Assembly: GCA_965218585.1 (NCBI GenBank)
Contig: CBDCLE010000007.1
Coordinates: forward strand, 39,241-103,240
Direction of reading: 5' to 3'
Source of the DNA: Terriglobia bacterium
GTDB lineage: Bacteria > Acidobacteriota > Terriglobia > 20CM-2-55-15
Length of the DNA stretch: 64,000 bases
The notes beneath the pieces are model-generated. The model ran no database searches. It worked only from the letters and a program-made list of their open reading frames with translations, and was not told where the DNA came from. Shown piece after piece: positions 1 to 9,391 of the stretch; the first letter of the stretch is position 1, and each line of letters starts with the position of its first letter. Both the position numbers and the translations under genes were made by a program.

Positions 1-1550
1 AGGAACTTCTGGAATGTTGCGGGAGTCAGCTTACGCGGCCGAAAGCGCACGCCTAACGATGCGAGTGTGTCGCTGAGTTCTCCCACCTTCTCCGGGTCCG
101 GACGCTCGTGGACGCGGAACATCGTCGCCGGCATTTCGGTCTCGAGCAATCGCGCAACGGCTTCGTTGGCCGAGATCATGAACTCTTCGATCATGCGATG
201 GGAAAAATAGCGCTCGGCCTTGACGATGCCTTCGACCAGCCCTTCTTCGTCATAGGTCAGCTCGGGTTCGGGAAGATCGAAGTCGATGGTTCCTCGCTTG
301 ATCCGATGTTGTCGCAGCAGATAAGCCGCGCGTTCGAGTAACTCGATGGCTCCTACCATCCGCCGGTGCCGCTTTCTGGAGGGACCATCGCCGTCCAGAA
401 TCTTCTGGACGGTTTCGTAGTCCATACGTTCTTCGGAACGGATCACGCTTTCATGAAACGTCTGTCCGAGGATCGATCCGTCAGCTCCGATTTCGAGGAC
501 AACGCTCATCGTGAGCCGGTCCGTACGTGGATTGAGCGAGCAGATATCGTTGGAGAGTCTTTCGGGCAACATCGGCACAACGCTATCGGGGAAATACACG
601 GAACAGCCGCGTTCTCGAGCGTCCTTGTCAGTGGCAGAACCGGGCGCTACGAAGTGGGAGACGTCTGCGATATGGACACCCAGGCGGAATCCACCGTCTT
701 CGAGTTCTTCGACGTCGACTGCATCGTCGAAGTCACGGGCTGTGGCCGGATCGATTGTCAGGGTTCCCCTGTCCCTGAAGTCATCTCGCGCGAGGATGGC
801 CTCTTCGCTGAGAGCCACTGGAAGTTTGGAGACTTCTTCCTCGACTGCTTGAGGAAAATCGACACTCAATCCGTACTTCTTAATGATGACGTTCGTCTCG
901 ACATCGGGATCGTCGATGAAGCCCAGGACCGAGACAAGCTCTCCAGCGGGCCAGGTTGATTCGGAACCGAAACGGGTCAACTCGATCTCGACGATCTTGT
1001 CCTTGTGTTCGGACACCTCCCCTTTGATCAGGATCTTTTCCGACAGCTTCTCGTCGGCCGGAGACAGGAAGTAGGTTCGCCCGTCGTATCGAACCTGTCC
1101 CACGACTTTTGTTCGAGCTCGTTCCTCTACACGGATGACCCTGCCCTCGACATTCTTCAAGGAGACGATCGCTATGGCGACGCGGTCGCCGTCCATCGAT
1201 GAACCAACTTTTGGGGGCGGGATGAAGATGTCGCCGGTTATACCTGGAATACTTTCTTCGAGAGTGACGAAACCGTAGCTGTCGGCGTGGAGCGAGATGC
1301 GTCCCGTATAGAGTGCCACTGAGGGCGGCGCCTCATAACGGTTTCCCTTGTGGCGGACGAGCTTTTCCTCTTTGACCAGCTGGTCGAGGATGTCCTTGAT
1401 CTGCTTGCGATCCGTCTTGTCGGCTCCGAAGTCGTCTAGGATATGGCGAAAGCCGGCAGACCGTTCGGGTTGGTTACGAATGTAGGCGAGAAGGCTTTCC
1501 TTGGAGAAATCTCCGCCCTCGATTCTCTTTCGTGGTTTGCTCCCTGCCAC
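1..1550 (-). CDS. rnr: Ribonuclease R (5' part; runs off the left edge)
   Basis: Manual minus-strand translation from GTG 1550 gives an N-terminal wHTH-like region, cold-shock domains (HADSYGFV, DIFIPP) and the RNB catalytic motif TIDPATARDFDDAV. It is missing from the ORF track, consistent with no stop codon inside the window. Confidence 0.93.
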   Translation of the reverse strand, partial: MAGSKPRKRIEGGDFSKESLLAYIRNQPERSAGFRHILDDFGADKTDRKQIKDILDQLVKEEKLVRHKGNRYEAPPSVALYTGRISLHADSYGFVTLEESIPGITGDIFIPPPKVGSSMDGDRVAIAIVSLKNVEGRVIRVEERARTKVVGQVRYDGRTYFLSPADEKLSEKILIKGEVSEHKDKIVEIELTRFGSESTWPAGELVSVLGFIDDPDVETNVIIKKYGLSVDFPQAVEEEVSKLPVALSEEAILARDDFRDRGTLTIDPATARDFDDAVDVEELEDGGFRLGVHIADVSHFVAPGSATDKDARERGCSVYFPDSVVPMLPERLSNDICSLNPRTDRLTMSVVLEIGADGSILGQTFHESVIRSEERMDYETVQKILDGDGPSRKRHRRMVGAIELLERAAYLLRQHRIKRGTIDFDLPEPELTYDEEGLVEGIVKAERYFSHRMIEEFMISANEAVARLLETEMPATMFRVHERPDPEKVGELSDTLASLGVRFRPRKLTPATFQKF

Positions 1551-1599
1551 CTCACCACTTGTGTCACATCCAGCGGCTGTTTACAAACGGCCGGCTCGG

Positions 1600-1628
1600 T
1601 TGACTTCGCTGACTGGTCGCTTTACATT
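1600..1628 (+). promoter_or_regulatory. Sigma70-like promoter for tRNA-Leu
   Basis: TTGACT-N17-TACATT ending 10 bp before the tRNA 5' end. Confidence 0.65.
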
Positions 1629-1638
1629 GAAAGTCCAG

Positions 1639-1722
1639 GCCGAAATGGCGGAATTGGTAGACGCGCTAGATTCAGGATCTAGTGGGGGCAACCCCGTGGA
1701 GGTTCGAGTCCTCTTTTCGGCA
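1639..1722 (+). tRNA. tRNA-Leu (anticodon CAG)
   Basis: GCCGAAA/TTTCGGC acceptor stem, anticodon arm CTAGA-TTCAGGA-TCTAG, long variable arm, GTTCGAGTCC T-arm; CCA not encoded. Confidence 0.96.
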
Positions 1723-1951
1723 TTATTCGAATCAACCACTTAATGCCCCTAAATCCGTCATCCCCGCTCCGCATGCGCGGGTGTCGTCCAGTTTTTCTCC
1801 AGTCCCCTTTGACCGGAGTGTTCGACTGACCTCGACAACGCGGTCATCGAGGATCACGTCGCTAACGAACTCCGTGCTAGCAAGACTAGCCCCGGAGATC
1901 TGACTGTTTTGTTGACCTGAAATCTCGCCTGTAGTCTTATTCATCCGATGG

Positions 1952-2017
1952 ATGAAACTCGGCCACTACGAAATTCTCTCAGCCCTCGGCAAGGGTGGAA
2001 TGAGAGAAGTGTCGCGT
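1952..2017 (+). pseudogene. Remnant of a Hanks-type Ser/Thr kinase N-terminus
   Basis: MKLGHYEILSALGKGGMREV resembles kinase subdomain I (YEIxxxLGxGGMGEVY), then similarity stops. Confidence 0.7.
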
Positions 2018-2139
2018 ACTTCGAGCCCTTGGGAGACACGCCATTTCGGGCGCTGCAGGCGGATAAGGCACTCAAGGACTAGCGGCCTGTTTCCGGCTAC
2101 AAAATCTAACACCACACCGACACCTCAGGAGAACTAGCG

Positions 2140-2655
2140 ATGAAGTACCGTTTCCCAGCCCGCATGTTGCCCGGCACCATAGTCGTTTTATTACTCGCAG
2201 GCTGCAGCAGCTCGGGATCGAGTTTCGAATACATTCACCTGCCAGGCACGGAGCCGGCGGCTGGAGCGAATATGCCGTTTACGTCCGCCATTCGAGTGGC
2301 CTCAGGAAACATCGTGTTCCTGTCGGGGATTACGGCCGCGCCGGTTCCGCACAGTCATCCCCACATACCCTCGGAGTTCGATCACCTGGACTTCAGCGCT
2401 ACAGCTCAAGCCGAGGCCGTTATGGAGGGGTTGCAGAGTACGATAGAGGCTGCGGGCGGCGAGCTCACCGACATCATTCAGGTGACACGTTTCACCGTCG
2501 ACATCGACGCGAATCAGGATGCAATCAACGCCGTCATGAACCGCCACTGGGGCGAGGACCATCGGCCCGCGAGCACTACCGTGGAGATCGTCCGGCTTGC
2601 GACCGATCCTCGCTTCGTCCTGGAGGTTGAGGCCGTCGCCGTCTTGTCCAAATGA
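2140..2655 (+). CDS. RidA/YjgF-family protein with a lipoprotein signal
   Basis: Lipobox LLAGC; VFLSG, RPASTTV and LEVEAVA RidA motifs; AGGAGA RBS. Confidence 0.85.
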   Translation: MKYRFPARMLPGTIVVLLLAGCSSSGSSFEYIHLPGTEPAAGANMPFTSAIRVASGNIVFLSGITAAPVPHSHPHIPSEFDHLDFSATAQAEAVMEGLQSTIEAAGGELTDIIQVTRFTVDIDANQDAINAVMNRHWGEDHRPASTTVEIVRLATDPRFVLEVEAVAVLSK

Positions 2656-2776
2656 TGTCTAGCCCGGTTTGAACGCGAAGCCAGACCTGCCCGCGCCCTG
2701 CGGAATCTCAGCGCCGTTTCGATGGATTCGTTCCGGTCGAATCCGTGTAGATCAGCAGGCACATCACGGTCTAGTC

Positions 2777-3445
2777 TTACTCTAACTCCGCAGCAGTCTT
2801 CTGGACTAATATGTCCTTGATTGCCGCCTCCCAGTCGCCGGGTAAGAATCCGAACGGCCCTTGTTCCGAGTGGTAGGTGATCCTGCCTTCCGCGTCCAGC
2901 AGAAACAGCCGATCGGGGAACGCTCGGTAAGCGTCTTCCACTTGGTTGCTCATATCATCAAGCGCCATAGGCATTTTCAAATTGAGCCGGAGAACGCACG
3001 TTGCTGCCTCCTCGGCACGGTCCTCGATCTCAATGTGTTGGTTGATAACGATGCCTTCTGCGGCATTGTTGCTGGAGCGGTAGCCGCCGACGCTGTCCTC
3101 GGGATGGGCTTCCTTGATGTATAGGCACAGGAACTGAACATCATCTCGGTAGGTTTCGAAAATCTCGTTCAGGCGCACGGCCTGCTCACGAAAAGGCGGT
3201 CACGTATATGATCCCATGAGGAGCGCCATCGGTTTTCCCCTGGACGAGGATAAGCTGAACATCTCCCCGGTCCGCGCGCCCTCCGGTGTCAGCATTTCCA
3301 CCTCGAAGTCGGGCGCCGCCGTGCCGACCTTGGGCACACCTTTGTCTCGCTCCTTCTTGTAAGTTAGATACTTGGTAAATTCCTCTTGTGAAATGCCGAA
3401 TTCGATCGCCAGGTCGCGTGCCATATTGTTATCGATTTTTGCCAT
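2777..3445 (-). CDS. Iodothyronine deiodinase-like thioredoxin-fold selenoprotein (Sec at UGA 3202-3200)
   Basis: ORFs 3200..3544 and 2777..3178 are in one frame, joined by GSYT-[TGA]-PPFREQ; downstream LYIKEAHP deiodinase motif; ATG 3445 has a GGAGA RBS. Confidence 0.88.
3164..3193 (-). promoter_or_regulatory. Bacterial SECIS-like hairpin
   Basis: Just 3' of the UGA the mRNA reads UUCGU-GAG-CAGGC-CGUGC-GCCUG-A-ACGAG, a two-part stem-loop with G in the apical loop. Confidence 0.7.
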
Positions 3446-3689
3446 CTCGGTTTCTCCCTGAACAAGGATACGTCGAATTTCAGTATTGGTCGAGTCGGCA
3501 ACTCCCTCCGACCTCTCCCGCTCTTCGCGCTCTCCTCGACTCAATTAAACTCAATTTTTCACGCCTTTCACCTCAGTATTGGAATGAGAAAGCCGACTGG
3601 TGACGTTCTCCCCGATCCGCTGCGCTACAATGTTCCACCAGGATCGATTTACGACACGGAAGACTCATCCGCCGATTGGAGGGCATGTC

Positions 3690-4277
3690 ATGTTACGAAC
3701 GTCAGCCTTACTCTGTTCGCTGCCTCTATTGCTCGTTGCTTGCGGAGGTGGCGAACCGGCATCGTCCGGGGTCGAGGCGGCAGCACCAGCCCAGGAAGTG
3801 AACGACGGTTGGAGGGAACCGAGTCCGGATGGACTGCCCACCACCACCGCAGGTTCGCCCGAAGAGGTCGGACGGTATATTGCGGTCGTCGCGCTTTGTA
3901 ATGACTGCCACACGCCGAACTGGCTGCCAGCAGGTGACGTCCCCGAGGATCAATGGCTCACAGGTAGCCCGGTCGGCTATGAGGGGCCCTGGGGTGTAAC
4001 GTTCCCGTCGAATCTGCGCCTGTCCGCCCAGGACCGTACGGAGGACGAATGGGTCGAAATGTTACAAACGCGGTCGGCCCGCGATCCGATGCCCTGGATC
4101 GCTGTCAATCAAATGTCCGAGAGTGATTCGCGGGCCTTCTATCGCTTCCTGCGCAGTCTGGGCCCGGCGGGCGAACGTATGCCGAACGCGATCATGGCCG
4201 GCCAGACGATCACGGAGCCCTATGTATCGCTTCGAGCCTGGGATCCGAACACCACGCTCCAGGCCGTACCAAACTAG
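3690..4277 (+). CDS. c-type cytochrome lipoprotein
   Basis: Lipobox LLVAC; single haem motif CNDCH; GPWG..PSNL and PMPW (candidate Met ligand). Confidence 0.85.
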   Translation: MLRTSALLCSLPLLLVACGGGEPASSGVEAAAPAQEVNDGWREPSPDGLPTTTAGSPEEVGRYIAVVALCNDCHTPNWLPAGDVPEDQWLTGSPVGYEGPWGVTFPSNLRLSAQDRTEDEWVEMLQTRSARDPMPWIAVNQMSESDSRAFYRFLRSLGPAGERMPNAIMAGQTITEPYVSLRAWDPNTTLQAVPN

Positions 4278-4422
4278 TAACGGCCGGTAGCTGCTTATCG
4301 TACAAAGAAGAAGTCTTCTGTTTGCAACAGCACCCTGCGACTCGCTGAGGCTGGAACCTTCGACGAGCTGGCTGAGGGGGAAGGTGTCTTTGGTTCCTTG
4401 ATGGCCAAACAGCGGACCTAGT

Positions 4423-5445
4423 TTGGAATCCGCAGGGCAGCTGGACCAAGGGAAGTTGGAAATCGCCGTTAAGCACGAAATCCAGAGCCTTCCTCGTTTT
4501 TGCAGGCTCTACCGATCCGCTTTCAGTAGCGGCCACGGTGGAAGTGTCGGGCGGCTTGGGCAAGCCTTCAGCCGCCTCGCGTACTACGCCATGGATCTGT
4601 TCGACATTGGTGATTCGACTATCCGGGCCAGGATCAATGTTCGCGGTGAGATGAAGACGGTCCAGCTGAACGGGAGGAACCGACAGTTCAACCCTCTCTA
4701 TTTTGCAAAGTACGCCCTGGCTTACGAACCGGAAGTCGCGCTGGCGATCAAAGACTTTTACAGTGATGACATGGTATTCCTCGATGTCGGCAGTAACTGG
4801 GGATACTTCTCCATTCACGTAGCCTCCCAAACCGATTTCAAAGGGATCGTTCACGCGTTTGAACCCTTTCCGGCCTCGTTCGCGGATCTGGACCGGCTCG
4901 TCTCCGACCTCGGTCTGGCCGGGTCCGTTTCCTGCCATCCGATTGCGCTTGGCGCTGAAGAGACGGAGCTTTCGATGACAAATCCAAGGCACAGCGGGTT
5001 GGCGATGCTGGACAGGGATGCCAAAGGCCCCCGGGTTCCGGTACGAACTCTGGACTCTCTGAGTTTTGGGAGAGTCGATCTGATCAAGATGGACCTTGAA
5101 GGTTTTGAATATGATTTTCTAAGAGGGGGTGATGCAACCATCGCCAGCCACCGCCCTGTCATCGTATTCGAGAGCGACACCAAGCACGAAAACTCGGCGA
5201 GGACTCTATCCGTGTTCGACGACCTGTCTTACCGGTTGTTCATTCCACGTATCGGAATTGAGACCGAGAGGGGGCGTATTGAGACGTTCCAGCTTTACGA
5301 ATTGGATGCGACCAGGCTCGATGAATACCGGAACTACTACGATCCGATCACTCCCGAGTCGCGGAACGAACATGCCGGATACCTGAATCTGGTGGCGATA
5401 CCAGCAGAAAGAGAAGGTACGATAGATCGGATGTTTAAGAGGTAA
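4423..5445 (+). CDS. FkbM-family SAM-dependent methyltransferase
   Basis: FLDVGSNWG, VHAFEP and LIKMDLEGFE motifs; start codon uncertain. Confidence 0.88.
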   Translation: MESAGQLDQGKLEIAVKHEIQSLPRFCRLYRSAFSSGHGGSVGRLGQAFSRLAYYAMDLFDIGDSTIRARINVRGEMKTVQLNGRNRQFNPLYFAKYALAYEPEVALAIKDFYSDDMVFLDVGSNWGYFSIHVASQTDFKGIVHAFEPFPASFADLDRLVSDLGLAGSVSCHPIALGAEETELSMTNPRHSGLAMLDRDAKGPRVPVRTLDSLSFGRVDLIKMDLEGFEYDFLRGGDATIASHRPVIVFESDTKHENSARTLSVFDDLSYRLFIPRIGIETERGRIETFQLYELDATRLDEYRNYYDPITPESRNEHAGYLNLVAIPAEREGTIDRMFKR

Positions 5446-5524
5446 CGGCTATCGAGCCTCCTTCATTCGACGTGTGTTAGCCGAACTCGGGAGTCGTCGA
5501 TAGCCATAGATCAGAGGGAGAATC

Positions 5525-6064
5525 ATGACGACACGCATTGCAAGATCGGCCGTTTTTTGCATGGCCCTGGTTGCGGCATTCCTTCTGGGATTCGCTCTCG
5601 ACACGCCCGGGCGAGCCCAGACCCTGACCGACGCCGAACAACTGGAGGCCAATAAGCAACTCCTGCTGGATTTCTTCGCCTTCCAGGGCGGGACCCGGGA
5701 AGAACGATCAGAGCTTTTCATGGTCGAGGATTACATCCAGCACAACCCGAGATTTCTCCGGATGGACGAAATCACGGGTGCCACTGGCCGGGAGGCCTGG
5801 CTGAGAGCTGGAGAAGAAGGACGCAATCGCGGTATTCGATTGGTGGACCTCGGTGGCATCCCCTTGCGCGATCCTGTGATCGTGATGGCAGAGGGAGATC
5901 TGGTCACCGCGATCTACAAAGGTGTGCTACCGGACCCCGATGACGCGAGCCGAACGTATGAAGCTTTCGCCTTCGAGACCGTTAGAGTCCGCGACGGCAA
6001 GTTTGCCGAACACTGGGATCAGGTTGCGCTGGCCGAGGGTTGGATGGAACCGCGCCAGGAATAG
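5525..6064 (+). CDS. Exported SnoaL/NTF2-like protein
   Basis: Signal peptide; NKQLLLDFF, DYIQHNP, AEGDLV and DGKFAEHWD motifs. Confidence 0.8.
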   Translation: MTTRIARSAVFCMALVAAFLLGFALDTPGRAQTLTDAEQLEANKQLLLDFFAFQGGTREERSELFMVEDYIQHNPRFLRMDEITGATGREAWLRAGEEGRNRGIRLVDLGGIPLRDPVIVMAEGDLVTAIYKGVLPDPDDASRTYEAFAFETVRVRDGKFAEHWDQVALAEGWMEPRQE

Positions 6065-7148
6065 GAAAGACGAGTTGATTCCTATCGGATTGAGAACGGT
6101 ATCACGAAGTAGTCGGTATCCAGTCCGGCATCGACCGGTTCGAGCGCGCTGATTTCGAACGGCGCGCCTATCCGGTTACCGGCAAGGTCTTCCAGAAACG
6201 AGAACACGAGGATCGAATGTTCCCCCCCGGCCCATTCTTCGTGAGGAAGAAAGGTCCACTCGGTCTCACCTTCGCTGATCTCAATCTCTCCTTCGATCGG
6301 ATCACCCGATCGGGTTGTTACTTTTAGCGCACGCGACAGGAGGCCATGGTCCAGCGGCTCGGGAAACGACACTACCAGGCCTTCACGCGTACCCTTCCCG
6401 GGGAGCTCGGACAAATCCCAGCGCACCAGGTCGATCGGTTCCATGTCGGGTGGACCCACGCGGAACTCCTTCTGAAATCCCGCTATGAGCGGATTACCCT
6501 CCGCGTCGGGCCAGGCGCTGTCGACCAGGAGCGTATAACGTTGCGCCCTCGGCCACGGATCGGCCCAGTTCATCGCTGAGCACCAGGCCCTGCTTGATGC
6601 GGCCGGGATCGAAAAAGACCGTGTAGCGTTGCCGCGCAGGATCCCACAATCCCGTTCCCAGAACATCGCCCAGGGGAAGGAATGCCGACCGGACTTCGTG
6701 GCCAGTCTCATCGAGTAGTTTGACGTAGGGTAGACCGCTGCTGGCGCGCATGGGTTCCGAGAAGTAGATGTATACCTTGAGCTGATTTTCGGGCAGGACG
6801 CTTGCGGTCGGATAGACACGCGCCACTCGCGCAGTGGGCGTTGTTGCCCGAGCCGGCAGAGCCACGACCGAAACCCCTGGCAAGCGCGTCTTCGCGTCGA
6901 CATAAGGAGAGGGATCGAAAGTTACGACGTAGGCGCGCCCCGGGTCGAGAGGAAACATCGGGGTGAAGCGAACGAGGCCCTCTTCGATGGAGTAGGATCC
7001 GAGTACCGGCGGAATACCCGCGGTGGCCTCGAGCGTGTCTTGCTGGACGGCGATTCGTAGGACCTGTTCCCATTGCCCGCGATTCAGCTTCAAGCCGTCC
7101 AGAGCAGCGAGGGTTCCTGAATCGAGGCCTTGCACTTCGATCGAACTA

Positions 7149-7962
7149 GGGTGTGTTAACACTAACGTAGTGCCTCGACGATGAGTGCGAAGTGAAGGAA
7201 GGCGAGGAACATGACGTCGAGTTTATCGAAACGGGAGAAGATACGCCGAAAACCCTTGAGTCGGCGGAAGAGCCTCTCGACTTCGTTCCTGCGGCGGTAG
7301 AGCACGCGGTCGTATTCCCACGGCTCCAGGCGGTTGCGCTTGGGCGGCACGACGGGAATCCACCCAAAATCCAGAGCCAATTGGCGGGTCTGGTCGTCCT
7401 GGTAGGCACGGTCCATCAGCAGCGGCAGCGGCGCGGGCAACGGCCCCAGGCCGGCGAGCAGATCGCGGCCCTGCGGGGCGTCGTGCGCTTGGCCGGGCGA
7501 GAGCGCAAACGTTATCGCCGTTCGAGCATTCGCGGCAACCAGATGAATCTTGGTGGTCCATCCACCGCGGGATTTGCCGATCGCTTGCGGACCGTTTTTT
7601 TTAACGCTCCCGTGCCGTCGGGATGCACCTTCACAATGGTCGAGTCCATCGAAACGGCTTCCACCCGGATGCGCACCAGTTGCTCGCGCTGGAGTTTTTC
7701 GAAGACGGCGTCGAGCACCCCGTTCTTGGACCAGCGGTTCATCCGGGTGTAGATGGTGTGCCAGTTGCCAAAGCGCTTGGGCAGACCGCGCCACTTGCAG
7801 CCCTGCTCAGCCACATACAAAATGGCGTTCAAGACCGTCAGGTTCGAAAGACTGACGTTGCCCCGCTGACGCGGCAGTTCCGGCTCGATGCGACAATACT
7901 GCTCCTGTGTGATCTCCATGCCTGATTATAAAACATTCATGCTCATTAGTGTTAACACGCTC
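7149..7962 (-). mobile_element. IS5-family insertion sequence (IS427-like)
   Basis: Ends GGGTGTGTTAACACTAA and TTAGTGTTAACACGCTC form an imperfect TIR; inserted in CTAG with TA duplicated. Confidence 0.92.
7162..7919 (-). CDS. IS5 transposase OrfA/OrfB with a probable programmed frameshift
   Basis: OrfA 7512..7919 (WRGLPKRFGNW, MDSTIVKVH) and OrfB 7162..7794 (GKSRGGWTTKIH, DRAY, RNEVERLFRRLK); A8 slippery run at 7595-7602. Confidence 0.9.
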
Positions 7963-8170
7963 TAGATTCGCCGTTTGGAGAAACTGCCAGACGAATCTCA
8001 GGAACGGGGCCCGCGATCGAACCCGAATCCGCAGTGCCGTCCCTCTGGCCACACCCCGATGCCAGGACCGAAATCAGCAGGAGGCCAAGCCACACGCAAG
8101 TGTGGCGCGGGTCTTGGGAGACTCGCGCCACATTAAGCCAACTGAGGTACATCGTTCTTTGACGTAGACG

Positions 8171-9319
8171 TCAGGGAAGCGCTATCACGTCGAGATCGGT
8201 TGCACCCGAGCCGTTGCGTATCGCAATCACTCCTGAAGTTTCGTCCAGCATGGCGAGTTGCAACGTTCCTTCCATATGGTCGATGGATTCAAACGGCACT
8301 CCAGCGATGTCTTCCGCTTCGGCCACTCTTTCGGTGATTGCTTCCTGATGTGCCACGTCATCCATCGTCATTTTCATCACGCCCTTGCTGACAGTCGTGA
8401 TCAGCAGAATATCCTCACCGCCCTGCTCGTACACGATCATGTCCAGCGGGCGGTTGAACGCGCCCATCTCGGCGATCGTCGTGCCTCTGACTTTTCCGGT
8501 GAGGGCGTTCCCGGCAGCGAGAGCGGCGGTCGAGAATCGAACCAGCGGTGTACAGAAATACCCGGCGATCAGGTTCTGCTCGCCGTCCATGTCATAGGGT
8601 ACGAACGTATAGACGGGAGCCCGCGTTTCGAACGCGCCGTGCGAGGCGTGCCAGATTTCGACGCTGCTTCCCGTTCCAGCTCCCGAAAACGGGTAGGCCA
8701 CCGAGCGCAGCTTGGACACGAATTCCTCATTCGAGAGCCCCGACACAAGAAGTTGGCCGTCAAGGTACACCATGTCCGTGACCGTCTCCATCCGCCGGTT
8801 CTCGGCGCCTGAGTATACCGGCCGCGGTCTGGACCGTCGACTGGGCGACACGAAGTCGTCCGCAGGGTTGGGCAACTCCACCTGCGTGTATGCGATCTGA
8901 TCGAGCGCAATGACGTCGATCGTTCCCGCGCCGTCTACCCGCAGCAACACAGGAGCACCGCGCTCACCCGTTCCGCGTGAGACTGAGAGAAACGTATTCC
9001 TCGAGTCGGGACTCACGGCGATGTCGTTGATCAGAATCTCATCCGCGTCTGTGCCCAACATGGCGGCAATTTTCTGGTCGAGGCCGTCAACGGATGCTGT
9101 CCCTTGAGCAGAGCCCAATTCTTCATCCCCCAGCCGGAGGGCGAAGATCCTCGCTGCCATGTTGTCGGCTATGAAGAGCGTGTTTTCTGGACCGAACGCG
9201 AGCGGCCCGGCCGACGTCAGGTTCGGGTTTACGGTCGGTTGACGCTGAGCCGACGACCAGGACGTTGCAAGGATTAGAATGACGATAATCCCGCTGATGG
9301 TAAATAACCACTTTCTCAT
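8171..9319 (-). CDS. Exported hypothetical protein (beta-propeller-like)
   Basis: Signal peptide; GPLAFGP..LFIAD, SGLSNEEF and CTPLV segments; lies 18 bp upstream of the interrupted lipoprotein gene. Confidence 0.7.
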   Translation of the reverse strand: MRKWLFTISGIIVILILATSWSSAQRQPTVNPNLTSAGPLAFGPENTLFIADNMAARIFALRLGDEELGSAQGTASVDGLDQKIAAMLGTDADEILINDIAVSPDSRNTFLSVSRGTGERGAPVLLRVDGAGTIDVIALDQIAYTQVELPNPADDFVSPSRRSRPRPVYSGAENRRMETVTDMVYLDGQLLVSGLSNEEFVSKLRSVAYPFSGAGTGSSVEIWHASHGAFETRAPVYTFVPYDMDGEQNLIAGYFCTPLVRFSTAALAAGNALTGKVRGTTIAEMGAFNRPLDMIVYEQGGEDILLITTVSKGVMKMTMDDVAHQEAITERVAEAEDIAGVPFESIDHMEGTLQLAMLDETSGVIAIRNGSGATDLDVIALP

Positions 9320-9391
9320 TGTGTTTCTCCCTCTCGAAACGATTAATCGATTGTAGTTGCCAGAAACCGAATGTGAGCGACCATTCCAGTC

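Larger units (their letters stand above)
6082..8152 (-). pseudogene. Lipoprotein (probably with Ig-like domains) interrupted by IS5
   Basis: N-terminus 7963..8152 (lipobox LASGC) joins in frame to ...SSIEVQG after removing the IS; an additional frameshift lies near 6545. Confidence 0.75.

Noticed and set aside
108-1202. Plus-strand ORFs of 63-197 aa
   Set aside because: They are antisense shadows of rnr.
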